The notes: a model not told the origin generated them from the letters alone. A DNA stretch of 64,000 bases from an uncultured delta proteobacterium (GCA_963760795.1 CAVXEP010000007.1:64001-128000); one strand, 5' to 3'; shown: positions 32,417-43,621, counted from the stretch's first letter. Made by a program: numbers and translations.

Positions 32417-33725
32417 TCAAAACTCCACGCACTTCGAAAAGCCTTGGCCCCAAAGATCAGCGCCGCCGATCATGACATCGCGCGCTTCCAATGGCAGCGC
32501 GGCGCGCCCGTCTACCGGCGCTGCGCCGGGGAATGGAAATATCTTGATCTGCCGGTACGGCCCGATCACTTTGTCCATGGCCGGCAGTTCAATCGGCCGA
32601 TCCAGAGTGCCGGTGCTGACCGCCGCATCAGCCTCGGCGACGTTGAACAGCACCGCACTATCCGTGCCCGCCTTGCCGCCGTTTTCATAGGTCACCAGCG
32701 TCGCCTTGATGTTCTGCCGTTCGCAGGCGCGCAGCGTGAACATGACATCGACAAAGGCGTTGCCGCCGCCGATCCAGGTCACCAGCGCGCCATTGGCTCC
32801 CATCGCCTTGGCGAGGCGCGCGGCATTTTGCGCGCCGACTTCTTTGCCATGGGAAGTTTCGAAGCGGATGCGCTGCAACACCACACCGGCAAAATTTAAT
32901 GTTTTGCCATGGGCCGCGTACAACGCCAGCACCAGCGGATGATTCTGCCAATCCCATGTCGTCGGATAGTAACCGCGTCCCGAGCGCGTCGTATCGACGG
33001 TCACTGCGCCATCGAATAGCTCGTTGGGATGAACGTAGGTGGCCAGCGAACTGCGCAGCGACAAGCCGTAATAACCGACGCCCGAGTGAACATGCTGCGG
33101 ATCGGTGATAACGCCTTGTATCAGCATCACGTTGGGCAGGCGGGAGTCGGTGGCGGCGAGATCATAAGTAGTAACATGCGCCGGTGCCAATTCGGCGGTG
33201 ATTCGCGCCAAGCGCTCGGCGACTTTGAACTCAGCCAATTGAATCGCCGTGTGCGCATCGAGTTCCGCCAGACCGTCAACAATCGTGAAGCTGATAACCA
33301 GGTGACAGAGCGAACTAAAACGCGACACCGCCGCGCCAGGCCCAGACATGTCGAGGATCGCACTGCGCTGCACGGTCGTACCCGCGCGAATCGTCCCTTC
33401 ATAGGCCGCCGCCGCGACCACCGTCATGCCGGAAAGCCGATGGGTCCGCCCCGCGCCGACATCTTCGACCGCAGCCCAACACCCCGGCAAAAACCTGTCC
33501 GCCGCCGGAAACTTTGCATCGCGGCTCGACGATGTCGCGAATACCGGTAATGCGCGTCTTCTCCCCCGGCAGCGCCACCGCCAGCGAAACATCCTCAATC
33601 CGCGCATCCTCGCGCACCAGCGCGAGCAGCTCCCCTTCATCGACCTCGAGCACCTGGTTCTCGTACGAGAAACGATGGCTCAAGCGAATTTGCTTTACCG
33701 GAAATTCCGCGATCTCAAGTTTCAT
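32417..33725 (-). CDS. Glycine/sarcosine/betaine reductase component B (GrdE/PrdA-like) homologue, frameshifted near 33480
   Basis: MKLEIAEFPVK, LALVREDARI, PGEKTRITGIRDIVEPRCKV, then GRTHRLSG, DMSGPGA, HPNELFDGAV, QNHPLV, ADAAVSTG, IELPAMDKVIG. Confidence 0.8.
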
Positions 33726-33759
33726 AATTACCGATGACCGACTGCAGTCCGAATAAACG

Positions 33760-33796
33760 ATTGGAACGTTTTGAACGACTGGAACAATTGGAACGT
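33760..33796. repeat. TTGAAC/TGGAAC 9-bp tandem arm
   Basis: TTGGAACGTTTTGAACGACTGGAACAATTGGAACG; related arms at 10456-10510, 11497-11530, 40197-40240, 45332-45355 and 62743-62824. Confidence 0.7.
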
Positions 33797-33805
33797 GTTC
33801 TGCGG

Positions 33806-34880
33806 TTACGGCGCCCCCATAATCTTGCGAAAGTCCTGAATATAAGTCGGCAAGATTCGCCCCCAGCTTGGGATTCACCACATAGTCCGGCTTCACTTGG
33901 AACTCTTTGAACTTGCTGCGCACTCCCTTCATGGCGCTGCCCTTGCCCAAGCTGCCGGCGAGAAAGTTCTGCGCCTCATCGGACAAAACCCACTCGACGA
34001 ACAGCAAAGCGGCATGTGGATGCGGCGCATTTTTCGCTACGAACAATCCTTCCGGTTTGACGATGGCCGGCGCCAGGACCTTGAAGCCTAACGGCGCGCC
34101 TTTTTCGCGGATCGCCGCCGAAGTCTCGCCGTTGATGGCGATGCCGATGGGATATTCGCCCGAGGTCACCACTTGCGTCGTCAAGGTCCCGCCGCGCCGG
34201 TAACTCAAGTCCTGCTTGGCAAGGCGCGATAAATAATTCACCGCCTTTTCGCGGCCCCACGCCTCTTCCATCGCCGCCAGAATGTAGCCCGCCTCCGGAT
34301 CGAAGAGCATTTTGCCTTTCCACGACGGGCTGAGCAGATCTGCATAACTCTTTGGCGCCTGCTCCGCTTTCACCGCGGCGCTGTTGTAGATGAGAGCCGT
34401 GGTTAAATAGTACATGCTGTGCCAGTTGCCGCTGGCATCGAAGGTGCCGTCAAAGTAACGGTTCGCGCCGGGCACTTGATACGCCTGCACCAGATTGGCG
34501 TTCATCAACTGGTAGCCATAGCTCAGGTCAACTTGTACCACATCCACCGCATGCCGCCCCGCCCGCGCTTCCGTCAAAGTCCGACTGAGAATGCCGTCCC
34601 GCGGCGAAAAATAATGATTCAGCTCCATGGCGCGATAGCGCGAGTTGTAAACCCGCGCCAACGGCAAAAACTCGTCGATCGGCAAGGTGCCGTAATAAGC
34701 CAACTCCCCTTCCGCCTGCGCGCCTTTGAGGAGATAGGCAATTCGCTCCTACGCTTTGAACGACTTAACTTTCGCCGCCACCTCGGCGACCGTTGCGGCG
34801 TGAAGCGGAACCAACCCCGCGGCCGTGCAAACCCATAATGCGCTAAAATAAACGAAAATATTTCCGAAGCCGCGTCCCAT
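33806..34880 (-). CDS. ABC-type extracellular SBP (AfuA/FbpA-like) with an in-frame TAG (34749-34751) and a late frameshift
   Basis: MGRGFGNIFV...KSFKA*ERIAYLLKGAQAEGELAYYG; DLLSPSWKGK, APHPHAALLFVEWVLSDEAQ; likely true end ...QDFRKIMGAP*. Confidence 0.8.
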
Positions 34881-35111
34881 CAAATTCTCCTGTGCTCTGT
34901 GGCAACTGCTCCTACCTGAGCTTGGTTGTACAAAACGGCAGAGTTCCGGTCAATCTCGCTCTTCCACGTGCTTAACTACCATTTTGTGGTTAAGACTCGG
35001 GCCATGAAGTGAGACGCATTTGCGGAAATCAGCTACTAGTCTCACATCGGGAATTCGGATAAAGTCCATCCGTATTTCTTTCGGATAGATAGATCCGAGG
35101 AGGAGAAAATC

Positions 35112-36737
35112 TTGGTGCAATGGGATGAAGAAGTCGATCTGATCTGCGTCGGCTCCGGTATCAGCGGCTGCGCCGCCGCAATAGCCGCGGCGGAAGCCGG
35201 CCTCAGGGTCATGCTCATTGAAAAGTCATATAAGCTGGGAGGCACCACGACCTGGTCATTGGGGATCGTCTGGGTGGGCAATGGTCACCTCGCGCGAGCC
35301 AGCGGTGTCGCCGATACCGAGGTGGAGGCGCGCGCCTACCTCGAATATCTGGGCGGCGGCCGCAACGATCCAGCAGTTACTCAAAGGTTTGTCGATCAGG
35401 CGCCGGAAGCGCTGCGTTTCTTCGAAGAAACCGCGCGGGTTCCGTTCTACATGGTCGACAAATTACCGGACCATTATTATCCAGCCGGGGAAGGTTCAAG
35501 GCCGTTCGGGAGAAGCCATCAGGTGCGCGCCTTTGAAGCGTCTTCGCTGGGCAGTTGGCAGAAGCATTTGGATCTCACCCCTTACCGCCATGGCCGGGTA
35601 ACCTTTGAAGAGATGGCCGCCCGCGGCGGCATGGCGGGACAATGGGATAAAGCACTGCTCGCGGAACGCGAAGCGAAAGATATTCGCACGTTCGGCGGCG
35701 CGCTCGCGGGTTATTTTCTCAAAGCCGTCATCGACCGCCGCATCCCGATAAGGATTGAAACTGAAGTCGCTCGCTTGATCGTCGATGCCGGGCGCGTTGT
35801 CGGCGTGGAATCAATTTCACGGGACAAGACCACCGCGATTGCCGCATCGCGCGGGGTAGTCTTGGCCACCGGGCAATACGATTCGAATCCGCGTCTCATG
35901 AACCTTTTCGATGAATTCAATTCCTGGCCGCCGCGCGGCGCGCCACGTAATCAGGGCGACGGCCTCGTGCTCGCCGCGGAACATGGCGCGGCACTCAAGG
36001 TCATGCACGGGACTCTCTCCATTCTCCTCGGTTATCACGTCAAGGGTGAGAGCGTCGACGGCCAGCCGCTCATGCGTGGGGCTGGTTCCCGGGAAGTTGC
36101 CTATCCCCACTGCATCATCGTCAACCGAGCCGGCAAGCGCTTCGCCGATGAATCCTCTTTCGGTGAAGTCGCCGCCAAGCTGCGCGAGTTCCATGTCTGG
36201 AGCCATCGCCCCGTCAATGTGCCTTGTTACCTGATCTTCGATTCGCAGTATTGGGGAAAGTATGGGCTCCAACCTCTCCCGCCCGGAAGTCAACCGCCAG
36301 AATGGCTCGACAGCGCCGCCACGGTTGGCGCATTGGCCGAGCGATTGGGCATCGCAAGCGTTGGATTGACCGAGACTGTCGAGCGCTTCAATGGCTTTGC
36401 CGCCGCCGGCCACGATGAAGATTTTCACCGCGGACGCATGCCTTGGTCGCAGCAGGCGTCAGGAGACTTGCAGCAGAAAAACGCCAACCTCGGCTCACTG
36501 TCACAACCGCCCTATTTCGCCATAGAGTTGAAACCGATCTCGGGTCACTCGGTGGGATTGCTAACCAACGGCAACGGCCAGGTGATTCATCTACGCGGCC
36601 ATGCCATGCAGGGTCTCTACGCGTGTGGCGACGTCGCCGCGTCGTTACATGTTGGCGTAGGTTATCAAGCGGGACTGAGTCTTGGCGGTGGAATGACCTT
36701 TGGATTCCTGGCGGCTCAACACGCGGCACAGCACTAG
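35112..36737 (+). CDS. FAD-binding oxidoreductase, 3-ketosteroid-delta1-dehydrogenase (KstD)-like
   Basis: WDEEVDLICVGSG, LGGTTTWS, PDHYYP, GVVLATG, IIVNRAGKRFADE, DEDFHRG, GLYACG, YQAGLSLGGGMTFG. Confidence 0.85.
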   Translation: MVQWDEEVDLICVGSGISGCAAAIAAAEAGLRVMLIEKSYKLGGTTTWSLGIVWVGNGHLARASGVADTEVEARAYLEYLGGGRNDPAVTQRFVDQAPEALRFFEETARVPFYMVDKLPDHYYPAGEGSRPFGRSHQVRAFEASSLGSWQKHLDLTPYRHGRVTFEEMAARGGMAGQWDKALLAEREAKDIRTFGGALAGYFLKAVIDRRIPIRIETEVARLIVDAGRVVGVESISRDKTTAIAASRGVVLATGQYDSNPRLMNLFDEFNSWPPRGAPRNQGDGLVLAAEHGAALKVMHGTLSILLGYHVKGESVDGQPLMRGAGSREVAYPHCIIVNRAGKRFADESSFGEVAAKLREFHVWSHRPVNVPCYLIFDSQYWGKYGLQPLPPGSQPPEWLDSAATVGALAERLGIASVGLTETVERFNGFAAAGHDEDFHRGRMPWSQQASGDLQQKNANLGSLSQPPYFAIELKPISGHSVGLLTNGNGQVIHLRGHAMQGLYACGDVAASLHVGVGYQAGLSLGGGMTFGFLAAQHAAQH

Positions 36738-36748
36738 CATTTAGTTTC

Positions 36749-36833
36749 ATTCACCACGAAGACGCGAAGGACACGAAGGTCTCGGCAAATTAATATTCCG
36801 AACTTCGTGCTCTTCGTGTCCTTCGTGGTGAAT
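36749..36833. repeat. CACGAAG-family palindromic element between convergent genes
   Basis: ATTCACCACGAAGACGCGAAGGACACGAAG ... CTTCGTGCTCTTCGTGTCCTTCGTGGTGAAT. Confidence 0.9.
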
Positions 36834-36848
36834 ACTTCTTCCCGCGAT

Positions 36849-37839
36849 TTATTTGAGGCGATCGATAAAGCCGCTGTCGTCCAATTCTTTCACGAACCTG
36901 GCATCGATGAAACGCTCGGGCTCGGCCGTCTTCGCGGCGGGGATGGTTTGGGCGAGCTGCTCTAGGACTAATTCAATCCCCTGAACAAAGGGATAGGGTT
37001 TCTGCCGATAGGTTTGAGCGTTGAAGTCGTATGCGATCTCGATCAACCGTGGATCGGCGACCTTCATATACTTGGACATCAAATCCACACTCCTGGCCTT
37101 ATGGGTTCGATAGAAATGAATCCCCTCGACGATCGACCTGATGAATCGGCGGACTGTCTCTTCGTCTTTCTTGATGAACGATCTGGTCGTCACGACGCCG
37201 GAGCTAAGAACTTCGATACCGAGCTTGGGTATATCGACCAGGATCCTTAGTCCGAATTTCTCCGCGACCAGACGATCCTCCACGGTGATGGTGGTGGCAT
37301 CGATGGAACCCGATTGCAGCGCCGCCAAGCGAACCGGAGACTGGCCCACTTGACGCAATGTCACGTCTTTCTCGGGATCGAGCCCCAACTTTCTCAGAGT
37401 GCGGCGTAGAATGAAATCGCCGGTGCCACCAAACCGGTCGATACCGATGGTTTTGCCCTTGAGCTGCGCGGGGCTAGTAAGTTTCGGCGACGAGACAAGA
37501 TATGCGATGCCCGAAACATTGCTCAGGCTAGCGATCAAAACCAAATCGCTGCCGCTCAAATTGCTCGATACCGCCGGCGCGCCGCTGGTCAAGCCGATGG
37601 GCGCATTTCCCGCCAGCATGGCGGCGACGAGAATCGGCGAGCTCTGGATGAAGAGCAATTCCACATCCAAGCCATGCTTGCGAAAAATCTGTTCTTCCTT
37701 GGTGATCCAAGCCATCAGCATAGCCGGATGTCAAAGTTGGATAGGCGACACGCAGTTTGATAGGTGCGTCCGCGCCATAGCTCAGCGAGGAAAAAACAAA
37801 CGTGAGAAATAAACTAAGAACCATTCTGCAACTGCGCAT
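36849..37839 (-). CDS. NitT/TauT ABC SBP, frameshifted near 37725
   Basis: Signal plus KLRVAYP in ORF 37528-37839 joins WITKEEQIFRKHGLDVEL, LKGKTIGIDRFG, ALQSGSIDA. Confidence 0.85.
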
Positions 37840-37976
37840 CCGACGATCTCCTAACCATCACAGGAACGGTGACTCTTGCTAACTCCGAACTGTGGCGAGG
37901 AACCCACATGCTCCTCATCCCTGTGGCCAATCTCCGCGCACAGCCATGACGAAATATCGTGCGAAACCAGAAAATT

Positions 37977-38561
37977 TTACTGCGTTAGCGGCGCGTTCCA
38001 AGTCTTAAGCGCTGGAGTGTCGTAGTAATAACCGAGCACATTTAACGTCGCGGTGTCGAGCAACAAGTGCTCGCCGAAACTCGGCGGCTGATCGATCCAC
38101 CGCGCCGCAATGACCCTGAGGATATGGCCATGCGCGAATAGCGCTACATCGCCATCGGTGGCGCGCACTTTGGCGAGCACGTGATCGGCGCGGGCAGCGA
38201 CTTGCTCCGGTGATTCACCGCCGGGACAGCCATGATGAAATACCGACCAACCCGGCCTCGCTGATTGAATTTGCTTGGTCGTGAGTCCTTCGTATTCGCC
38301 GTAGTTCCATTCCATCAAGTTTGGTTCAATAACCGCAACTTTTGCGAGCCCCGCCAGTTCGCAGGTTTCGCGCGCTCGCTGAAGCGGGCTGGTCAGCACC
38401 AAAACGAACTGCTCTCGCGCCAACACCGGCTGCAACAATCGCGCGATTTTCCGGCCCTGCTCGGTAAGCGGCACATCGGTGACCCCGGTATGTTTGCCGT
38501 CGCGGCTCCATTCGGTTTCACCGTGGCGGATCAAATAGATTTTTTGCGCTTCGTTAGCCAT
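37977..38561 (-). CDS. Histidine phosphatase (phosphoglycerate mutase) family protein
   Basis: RHGETEWS, SPLQRARET, EWNYGEYEG, AHGH. Confidence 0.92.
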   Translation of the reverse strand: MANEAQKIYLIRHGETEWSRDGKHTGVTDVPLTEQGRKIARLLQPVLAREQFVLVLTSPLQRARETCELAGLAKVAVIEPNLMEWNYGEYEGLTTKQIQSARPGWSVFHHGCPGGESPEQVAARADHVLAKVRATDGDVALFAHGHILRVIAARWIDQPPSFGEHLLLDTATLNVLGYYYDTPALKTWNAPLTQ

Positions 38562-38621
38562 CCTTCAACCGGAGATTTTTTGCGTTCTTTTGCGTTCTTT
38601 GCGGCCAATCACTCCGGCCGG

Positions 38622-40056
38622 CTATCTGACGCCGACCTTGTCGTTCAAAAACCCCTGCCAGTCGCCGGCGACTTTGTCTTTCAGCTCGCGGCTGTGGCCG
38701 CTCGACTTGGGGAACTTGTCGCGCCACTCGTACGGGCGCGTCGCGTCGATGATGGCGCGCGAGTTGAAGCCTTTTTCACCGACCGGAATGCGCGGGTCGA
38801 GGGGGCCGCTCCAGCAGCGCCGGAGAATTTCGATGGAGTCGACGGGGTCGGAGCGCGAGCTGATCGCCCAGATGACTTCTTCGGTATTGGTGATGTCGAT
38901 GTCTTCGTCGACGACGATGACGTAGCGGCCGAGATAGGCGCCGGAGCGGCACTGGCTGGCGATCATCGCCGCCTGGCGCGCGTGGCCGGGATAGCGCTGC
39001 TTGATCGCCAGCACGGTCATGAAGCGGCCGCCTGAAGGATGCGACCAAACGGCTTGCACGTCAGGCACGCCGGCTTCGTCGAGAGCGTTCCAGATCAACG
39101 CCGAGAGCATCAACGAGAAATGCAGGTTGTCGCCGCTGGAAGGTTTGAGCAATGGGAAAGCCGCACAGGATCGGATCGTTGCGATGATAGACCGCTTTGA
39201 CACGGATCACCGGCACGGCGGGTTGGTTGCTGGCGTAGTACCCGGTCCACTCGCCGAACGGCCCTTCGGGCATGAAATCGTTGGGCGCCACCTCGCCTTC
39301 GATGGCGATCTCGGAGTCGGCGGGGATCGGCAGTCCGGTGAGCGGCCCTGCGACGATGTCGAGGGGCTGGCCGGTGATGCCGCCGGCATAGGCGTATTCG
39401 TTAACCCGGTAGGGCACGTCGGTGGAAGCGACGAGAAAATTGATCGGATGATGGCCGAAGGAGACTGCGATGGGCAGCGGCTTGCCTTCGGCGTGAGACT
39501 TGTCGCGATGGACGCGACCATGCTTGCCCGGCGACATATGCAGCCCCATGTGATCGCGGCCATGAATCATGATGCGATAGGTGCCGACGTTGACCCATTT
39601 TTCTTCCGGATCGCGGGTGACCACCAAATCGTCGGTGCCGATGTAGCGGCCGCCGTCGAGCTCATGCCATTTCGGCACGGGAAATTTGAATAAATCGATA
39701 TCAGCGCCCTTCTGAACGTTTTCAAACAGCGGCGCGCTTTTGACCAGGCGCGGCTCGATGGGTTGAATCGATTTAACCCGCTTGCGCCACTGCTGCACGA
39801 AGTCGAAGGGCGCTAAATTCGGGTCCATGCCCATGGTCAGCGCGAGCCGCTGCAACGACGACAGCAAGTTAACCGCTACTCTATGACCGGCGGGATACTC
39901 TTTGATCTTGTCGAAGACAATCGCCGGCCGGGTCTTCGAGCGCTCGTTGATGAGTTCGGTCAGCGTCGACAGCTCCAGATTCCAATGGGCGTCGTTGACG
40001 TTCATCAACTGGCCGAGTTTGTTGACCTCATCGAGCCAAGTCCGTAGGTCTGCCAT
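38622..40056 (-). CDS. UbiD family (prFMN-dependent) decarboxylase/carboxylase, frameshifted near 39170
   Basis: DLRTWL, HELDGGRYIG, NVGTYR, EGPFGEWTGYY, then KQRYPGHARQA, VVDEDID, SRAIIDATRP. Confidence 0.9.
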
Positions 40057-40113
40057 AATAAATATTCCTATCTCGCTGAAAAATTCTGAAACTTTTAAGC
40101 AGCGGCGAATTTA

Positions 40114-40240
40114 CCCCTTGTCTCTCTGAGAGAAGCCAGGGATGAGGACTGCCGCAGCGTTTGCCTCACCTCACTCTCCTCCGTGTCATCGGGGAGTTGA
40201 ACGGAGCGAAGCGGTTGAACGGCTTGAACGTTTCGAACTT
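40114..40240. repeat. Degenerate CCTCACC-type hairpin plus TTGAAC arm
   Basis: GGGATGAGG...CCTCACCTCACTCTCC, then TTGAACGGAGCGAAGCGGTTGAACGGCTTGAACG. Confidence 0.6.
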
Positions 40241-40251
40241 CTTTCTTCAGC

Positions 40252-41310
40252 TCACCGCGGCGGCAATTTCTTCGGACCGGCGATGATTTTAAACAGCTCG
40301 ATCGCCTCCGGGTCGCGCGGCACGTCTCTGATCGCCTTCTCGTGGTTTTCCGGCAGCAACGGCGTCGGATCGTCGGCGGTGAGCTTGTGATAGTACTTGG
40401 CGAACTCGGGATCCAGATAGGTCTTGCGGAAAGCATCCTTCAAGATGTCGACACGATCCTTGGGTGTTCCCGGCGGCAGCACGAACGGCGTGCCGGTGAC
40501 ACGGAAGCCGCGCTGCAAGGCGAGCATCCTACGCTCACGGTCGTTCTTGGCAAAAGTCTCGATCTCGGGCAGCTTGGCAAAAAATGGATGAGGGTGCTTG
40601 TCGCCTCGGGGCGTTTCCATGATCGCATGAATGTTGGCTAAACCCTTGTCGATCCACTCGCGGTTGCGTTGCAGAATGGTGTCCGGGCCGGTGGCGCGGC
40701 CGTCGATCTCACCGCGCATCAGTGCCGGATCGAGCTCGGCGCCGCCAAAGGCGGCGATGAACAACGGATCCTTGAGACCGAGCATGTAGCCGAACAGCCG
40801 CCCTTCATTGTAAGTGGAGAATCCGAGAGACTGGCCGCCGATCTTGAGCCCGGTGGCCGCGCGCAGCTTGTCGAGGGTGTCGAGGCCGGCGTCTTTGCGG
40901 GTGACAAACACCGAGTGATAGGCGCTGTAGGGCGAGCCCAAGTAATGGAACTTATCGATATCGTATAAAACTCCGGATTCCCCGAGTATGGCAAGGGAAA
41001 CCATGCCTGAGCTCAAGTTGCCGATGGTCAGGCCATCGGGACGGGACGAGCGGAACACATGATTGGCCGCCTTGCGGCTGCCGCCGCCAGGCATGAATTC
41101 CATGATAATCGTCGGACTGCCGGGAATATATTTTTGCAGGAACGGAACCAATGCGCGCACCCGCAAATCGCCGGTGCCGCCGGGGTCGCGGCCTTGCACG
41201 ATGGTGATCGTCTTGCCTTGAAAGAACGGCGCTTGGCCGTAGGTTAGACTGGGAAATAAATGGCTGAATAACAGAACGCCGAGAGTAGCAAACCAATTCG
41301 ACCTGTTCAT
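40252..41310 (-). CDS. TctC/Bug family SBP
   Basis: FFQGKTITIVQG, EFMPGGG, RPDGLTIG, ALMRGEIDG, PPGTPKDRV. Confidence 0.88.
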   Translation of the reverse strand: MNRSNWFATLGVLLFSHLFPSLTYGQAPFFQGKTITIVQGRDPGGTGDLRVRALVPFLQKYIPGSPTIIMEFMPGGGSRKAANHVFRSSRPDGLTIGNLSSGMVSLAILGESGVLYDIDKFHYLGSPYSAYHSVFVTRKDAGLDTLDKLRAATGLKIGGQSLGFSTYNEGRLFGYMLGLKDPLFIAAFGGAELDPALMRGEIDGRATGPDTILQRNREWIDKGLANIHAIMETPRGDKHPHPFFAKLPEIETFAKNDRERRMLALQRGFRVTGTPFVLPPGTPKDRVDILKDAFRKTYLDPEFAKYYHKLTADDPTPLLPENHEKAIRDVPRDPEAIELFKIIAGPKKLPPR

Positions 41311-41379
41311 CTTTGCCTCCTGACTGACTACCGAGGACTTGTACGCTATTTGTCGCTTCGGTCAAGTGATCTATCGCGC

Positions 41380-42417
41380 TCAGTTGCCCAAGACTTTCTT
41401 CAACCGCTCGATGATCTCCGGCGGCTGGCCGATGACTTCCTTGGCGAGTCTTTCCAGTTCTTCGCCGCCGACCGGATCGAATTCATAATTGCGCTTCTTC
41501 ACGTCGGCGCGGAACTGCTCGTCGGCCATGGTTTTGACGAAGGCGTCGCGCAGCGTCTTCAAGCGCTCCGCCGGCATTCCTGGCGGACCGAACATGGGCC
41601 GGCCCATGTCGTCGGCGCCGAGGAGCACGGTCGCTAACCGTCGCCCGGCCTCGGGAGTTTTATAGCGATCCATGATCTCAAAAATTGTCGGCGTATTGGG
41701 CAGGCGCGCGTCGCGTTTGCCGCCGCTCTGAAACATATGATGGACAAAGTTGGTCTTGCGCCAGGTGTGATAGGGTTCGCGGCCGAAGAATGCTTCGATG
41801 GTAAACGCCCGGCAGTGAATTTCGCCGCGCTCGACGCCGAGATCGATGTCGGTGCCGCCGGGATAGCCGGTGACGATTTGAAACTTGGCGCCGACCGTTT
41901 CTTGCAGCAGTTTGGGAAAGTAAGAGTCTGGCCCGGTGACGCCGGTGGCGCCGCATTTGGGCGGTTCCTTGGCGGTGCGGACTTCTTCGATGGTTTTGTA
42001 CGGACTGTCGGCGCGCATGTACATCTGACTGTTGCCGCGCGCCGGCGAGCCGATCCAGGCAAATTTCGACCAATCGAATTGAATCTCCGTTCTGCCGACC
42101 AGCTGATTCAGATAGAGCGAGGGAATGACCGAGCCGATGATCGTCAGGCCGTCCGGCTTGACCCCGGTGTACAGATGGTTGACCGCGATCACATGGCCCG
42201 CGCCGGGCATGTTCTGAACGACGAAACTGGGATTGCCGGGGATATGCCGGCCCATATGGTCGACGATCAGCCGCGCCCAGAAATCGTAAAGATTCCCCGG
42301 CGGCGTGCCGACCAGCACGCGGATAGTCTTGCCTTGGTAGAAGGGGGCCTGCGCTTGAGCGATAGCGCTGAATCCTAAGAGAAAGCTGCAGAGAACCAGC
42401 CAGAAGCACTTTTTCAT
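41380..42417 (-). CDS. TctC/Bug family SBP
   Basis: Start MKKCFW with GGAGG RBS; FYQGKTIRV, QNMPGAG, KPDGLT, TGYPGGTDIDLGVERGE. Confidence 0.9.
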   Translation of the reverse strand: MKKCFWLVLCSFLLGFSAIAQAQAPFYQGKTIRVLVGTPPGNLYDFWARLIVDHMGRHIPGNPSFVVQNMPGAGHVIAVNHLYTGVKPDGLTIIGSVIPSLYLNQLVGRTEIQFDWSKFAWIGSPARGNSQMYMRADSPYKTIEEVRTAKEPPKCGATGVTGPDSYFPKLLQETVGAKFQIVTGYPGGTDIDLGVERGEIHCRAFTIEAFFGREPYHTWRKTNFVHHMFQSGGKRDARLPNTPTIFEIMDRYKTPEAGRRLATVLLGADDMGRPMFGPPGMPAERLKTLRDAFVKTMADEQFRADVKKRNYEFDPVGGEELERLAKEVIGQPPEIIERLKKVLGN

Positions 42418-42476
42418 TTCGCACCTCCGAGACTTGAACATTGCGCTGGCTACTGTACTAAAAAAACGCCGTAATG

Positions 42477-43577
42477 CTAGAGGGATTTTTTTGCAATCAG
42501 CGTCTCCAACCAAGGGCGGAACTCGTTGATCTTGTCTTTGTGCTCTTCCAAGCCGGTGAAGAGATACTCTTTCTTCGGGTCGAGGATGTAGAACGGGTTG
42601 ACGATGCCTTCTTTGGCGATGTCGACGCGCAGGGAGTTTTCGCGGGTGAGTTTTTGAAATTGGCTCTGGCCGTCGCGGCTCAAGATCCAGTTCAAGAAAA
42701 CTTTGGCGGCATTGACATTGGGCGATGAGGCGAGCCAGGCGGCTGGGTCGGTGCCGGCTCCCACGGCGGCGATGCCTTCGAAATGGATCGGCACCACCGG
42801 CAGCCCCTTGACCGCCAGGTCGTCGCAATCGACGCCGCCGATGGCGATGGCGTACTTGCCGCTGGCCACCCAGTCGGCGATCTGCGGCAAATTCCTAGAG
42901 ATCGTCACATCCATCTCGCCGTAGAGACGCTTTAAGTATTCGGCACCGAGATCCTTACGAGAGTAGACCGTGTACATCTGATTGCGCGCGCTGCCGATGC
43001 GCAAATCCTGCGAGACGATCTTGCTCTTCCACTTGGGCTGGAGCAGATCCCAGTAACTTTTGAGCTCATTGGCTTTGACTAAGTTGGTATTGATGCACGC
43101 CGCCGTGTAGGGCACGGCGCGCCACATGGCGACGAATTTATCTTCATTGTCGGCAAACCAAAGTTTGCCTTTGAACCAAGCGTTGGCATCGAGGACTTCC
43201 GGGAGCACGAGCGCGGGACGGATCGGCTGGAGCAAACCTTTGTCTTTGAGCGTGCCGAGCAGAATGTCGGTGCCGCCGAGAACCAGATCGGCCTGGCGCA
43301 TGCCGGCGCGCTGCTCGGCCATGATGCGCGAAATGAGTTCGCTGATTCGCCCCGGCGTGTAGTTGACCCTGATTTTCGGAAACGCCTGTTGGAAAACCTC
43401 GGTGTAGAGTTTCTGCTGATCGGCGCCCGGGGGGCCGTAGATGACGAGCTTGGCTTCTTTCTCCGCGGCGCGTTGGCTGGCTTCCCAGTCAGCTTTCCAA
43501 TTCGCCGGCGCTTGCGCGGCGAAGAGCTCACCTCGCATGAGCAAATGAATTAGTGCCAGAAAAATCAGGACTGCCAT
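42477..43577 (-). CDS. ABC-type extracellular SBP (AfuA/FbpA-like)
   Basis: Signal peptide, AAEKEAKLVIYG, WDLLQPKWKSKI, NAAKVFLNWILSRDGQ. Confidence 0.88.
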   Translation of the reverse strand: MAVLIFLALIHLLMRGELFAAQAPANWKADWEASQRAAEKEAKLVIYGPPGADQQKLYTEVFQQAFPKIRVNYTPGRISELISRIMAEQRAGMRQADLVLGGTDILLGTLKDKGLLQPIRPALVLPEVLDANAWFKGKLWFADNEDKFVAMWRAVPYTAACINTNLVKANELKSYWDLLQPKWKSKIVSQDLRIGSARNQMYTVYSRKDLGAEYLKRLYGEMDVTISRNLPQIADWVASGKYAIAIGGVDCDDLAVKGLPVVPIHFEGIAAVGAGTDPAAWLASSPNVNAAKVFLNWILSRDGQSQFQKLTRENSLRVDIAKEGIVNPFYILDPKKEYLFTGLEEHKDKINEFRPWLETLIAKKSL

Positions 43578-43621
43578 TCTCGATACTCGATCATCCATCC
43601 TCGACCAGCCGTCGCGCCGAT

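Noticed and set aside
33399-34703. Apparent fusion of an SBP to the glycine reductase B N-terminus
   Set aside because: One indel near 33850 bypasses the SBP stop (33806) and reads through an intergenic repeat; the second gene has its own ATG at 33725.
32200-35100. Hidden selenoprotein grdB/grdA next to the reductase B homologue
   Set aside because: Both flanks are accounted for by other genes and repeats; no TGA-interrupted GrdB-like frame was seen.
41380-42828. 482-aa TctC with a long N-terminal extension
   Set aside because: The extension overlaps the upstream SBP in another frame; the signal peptide and GGAGG RBS mark the start at 42417.
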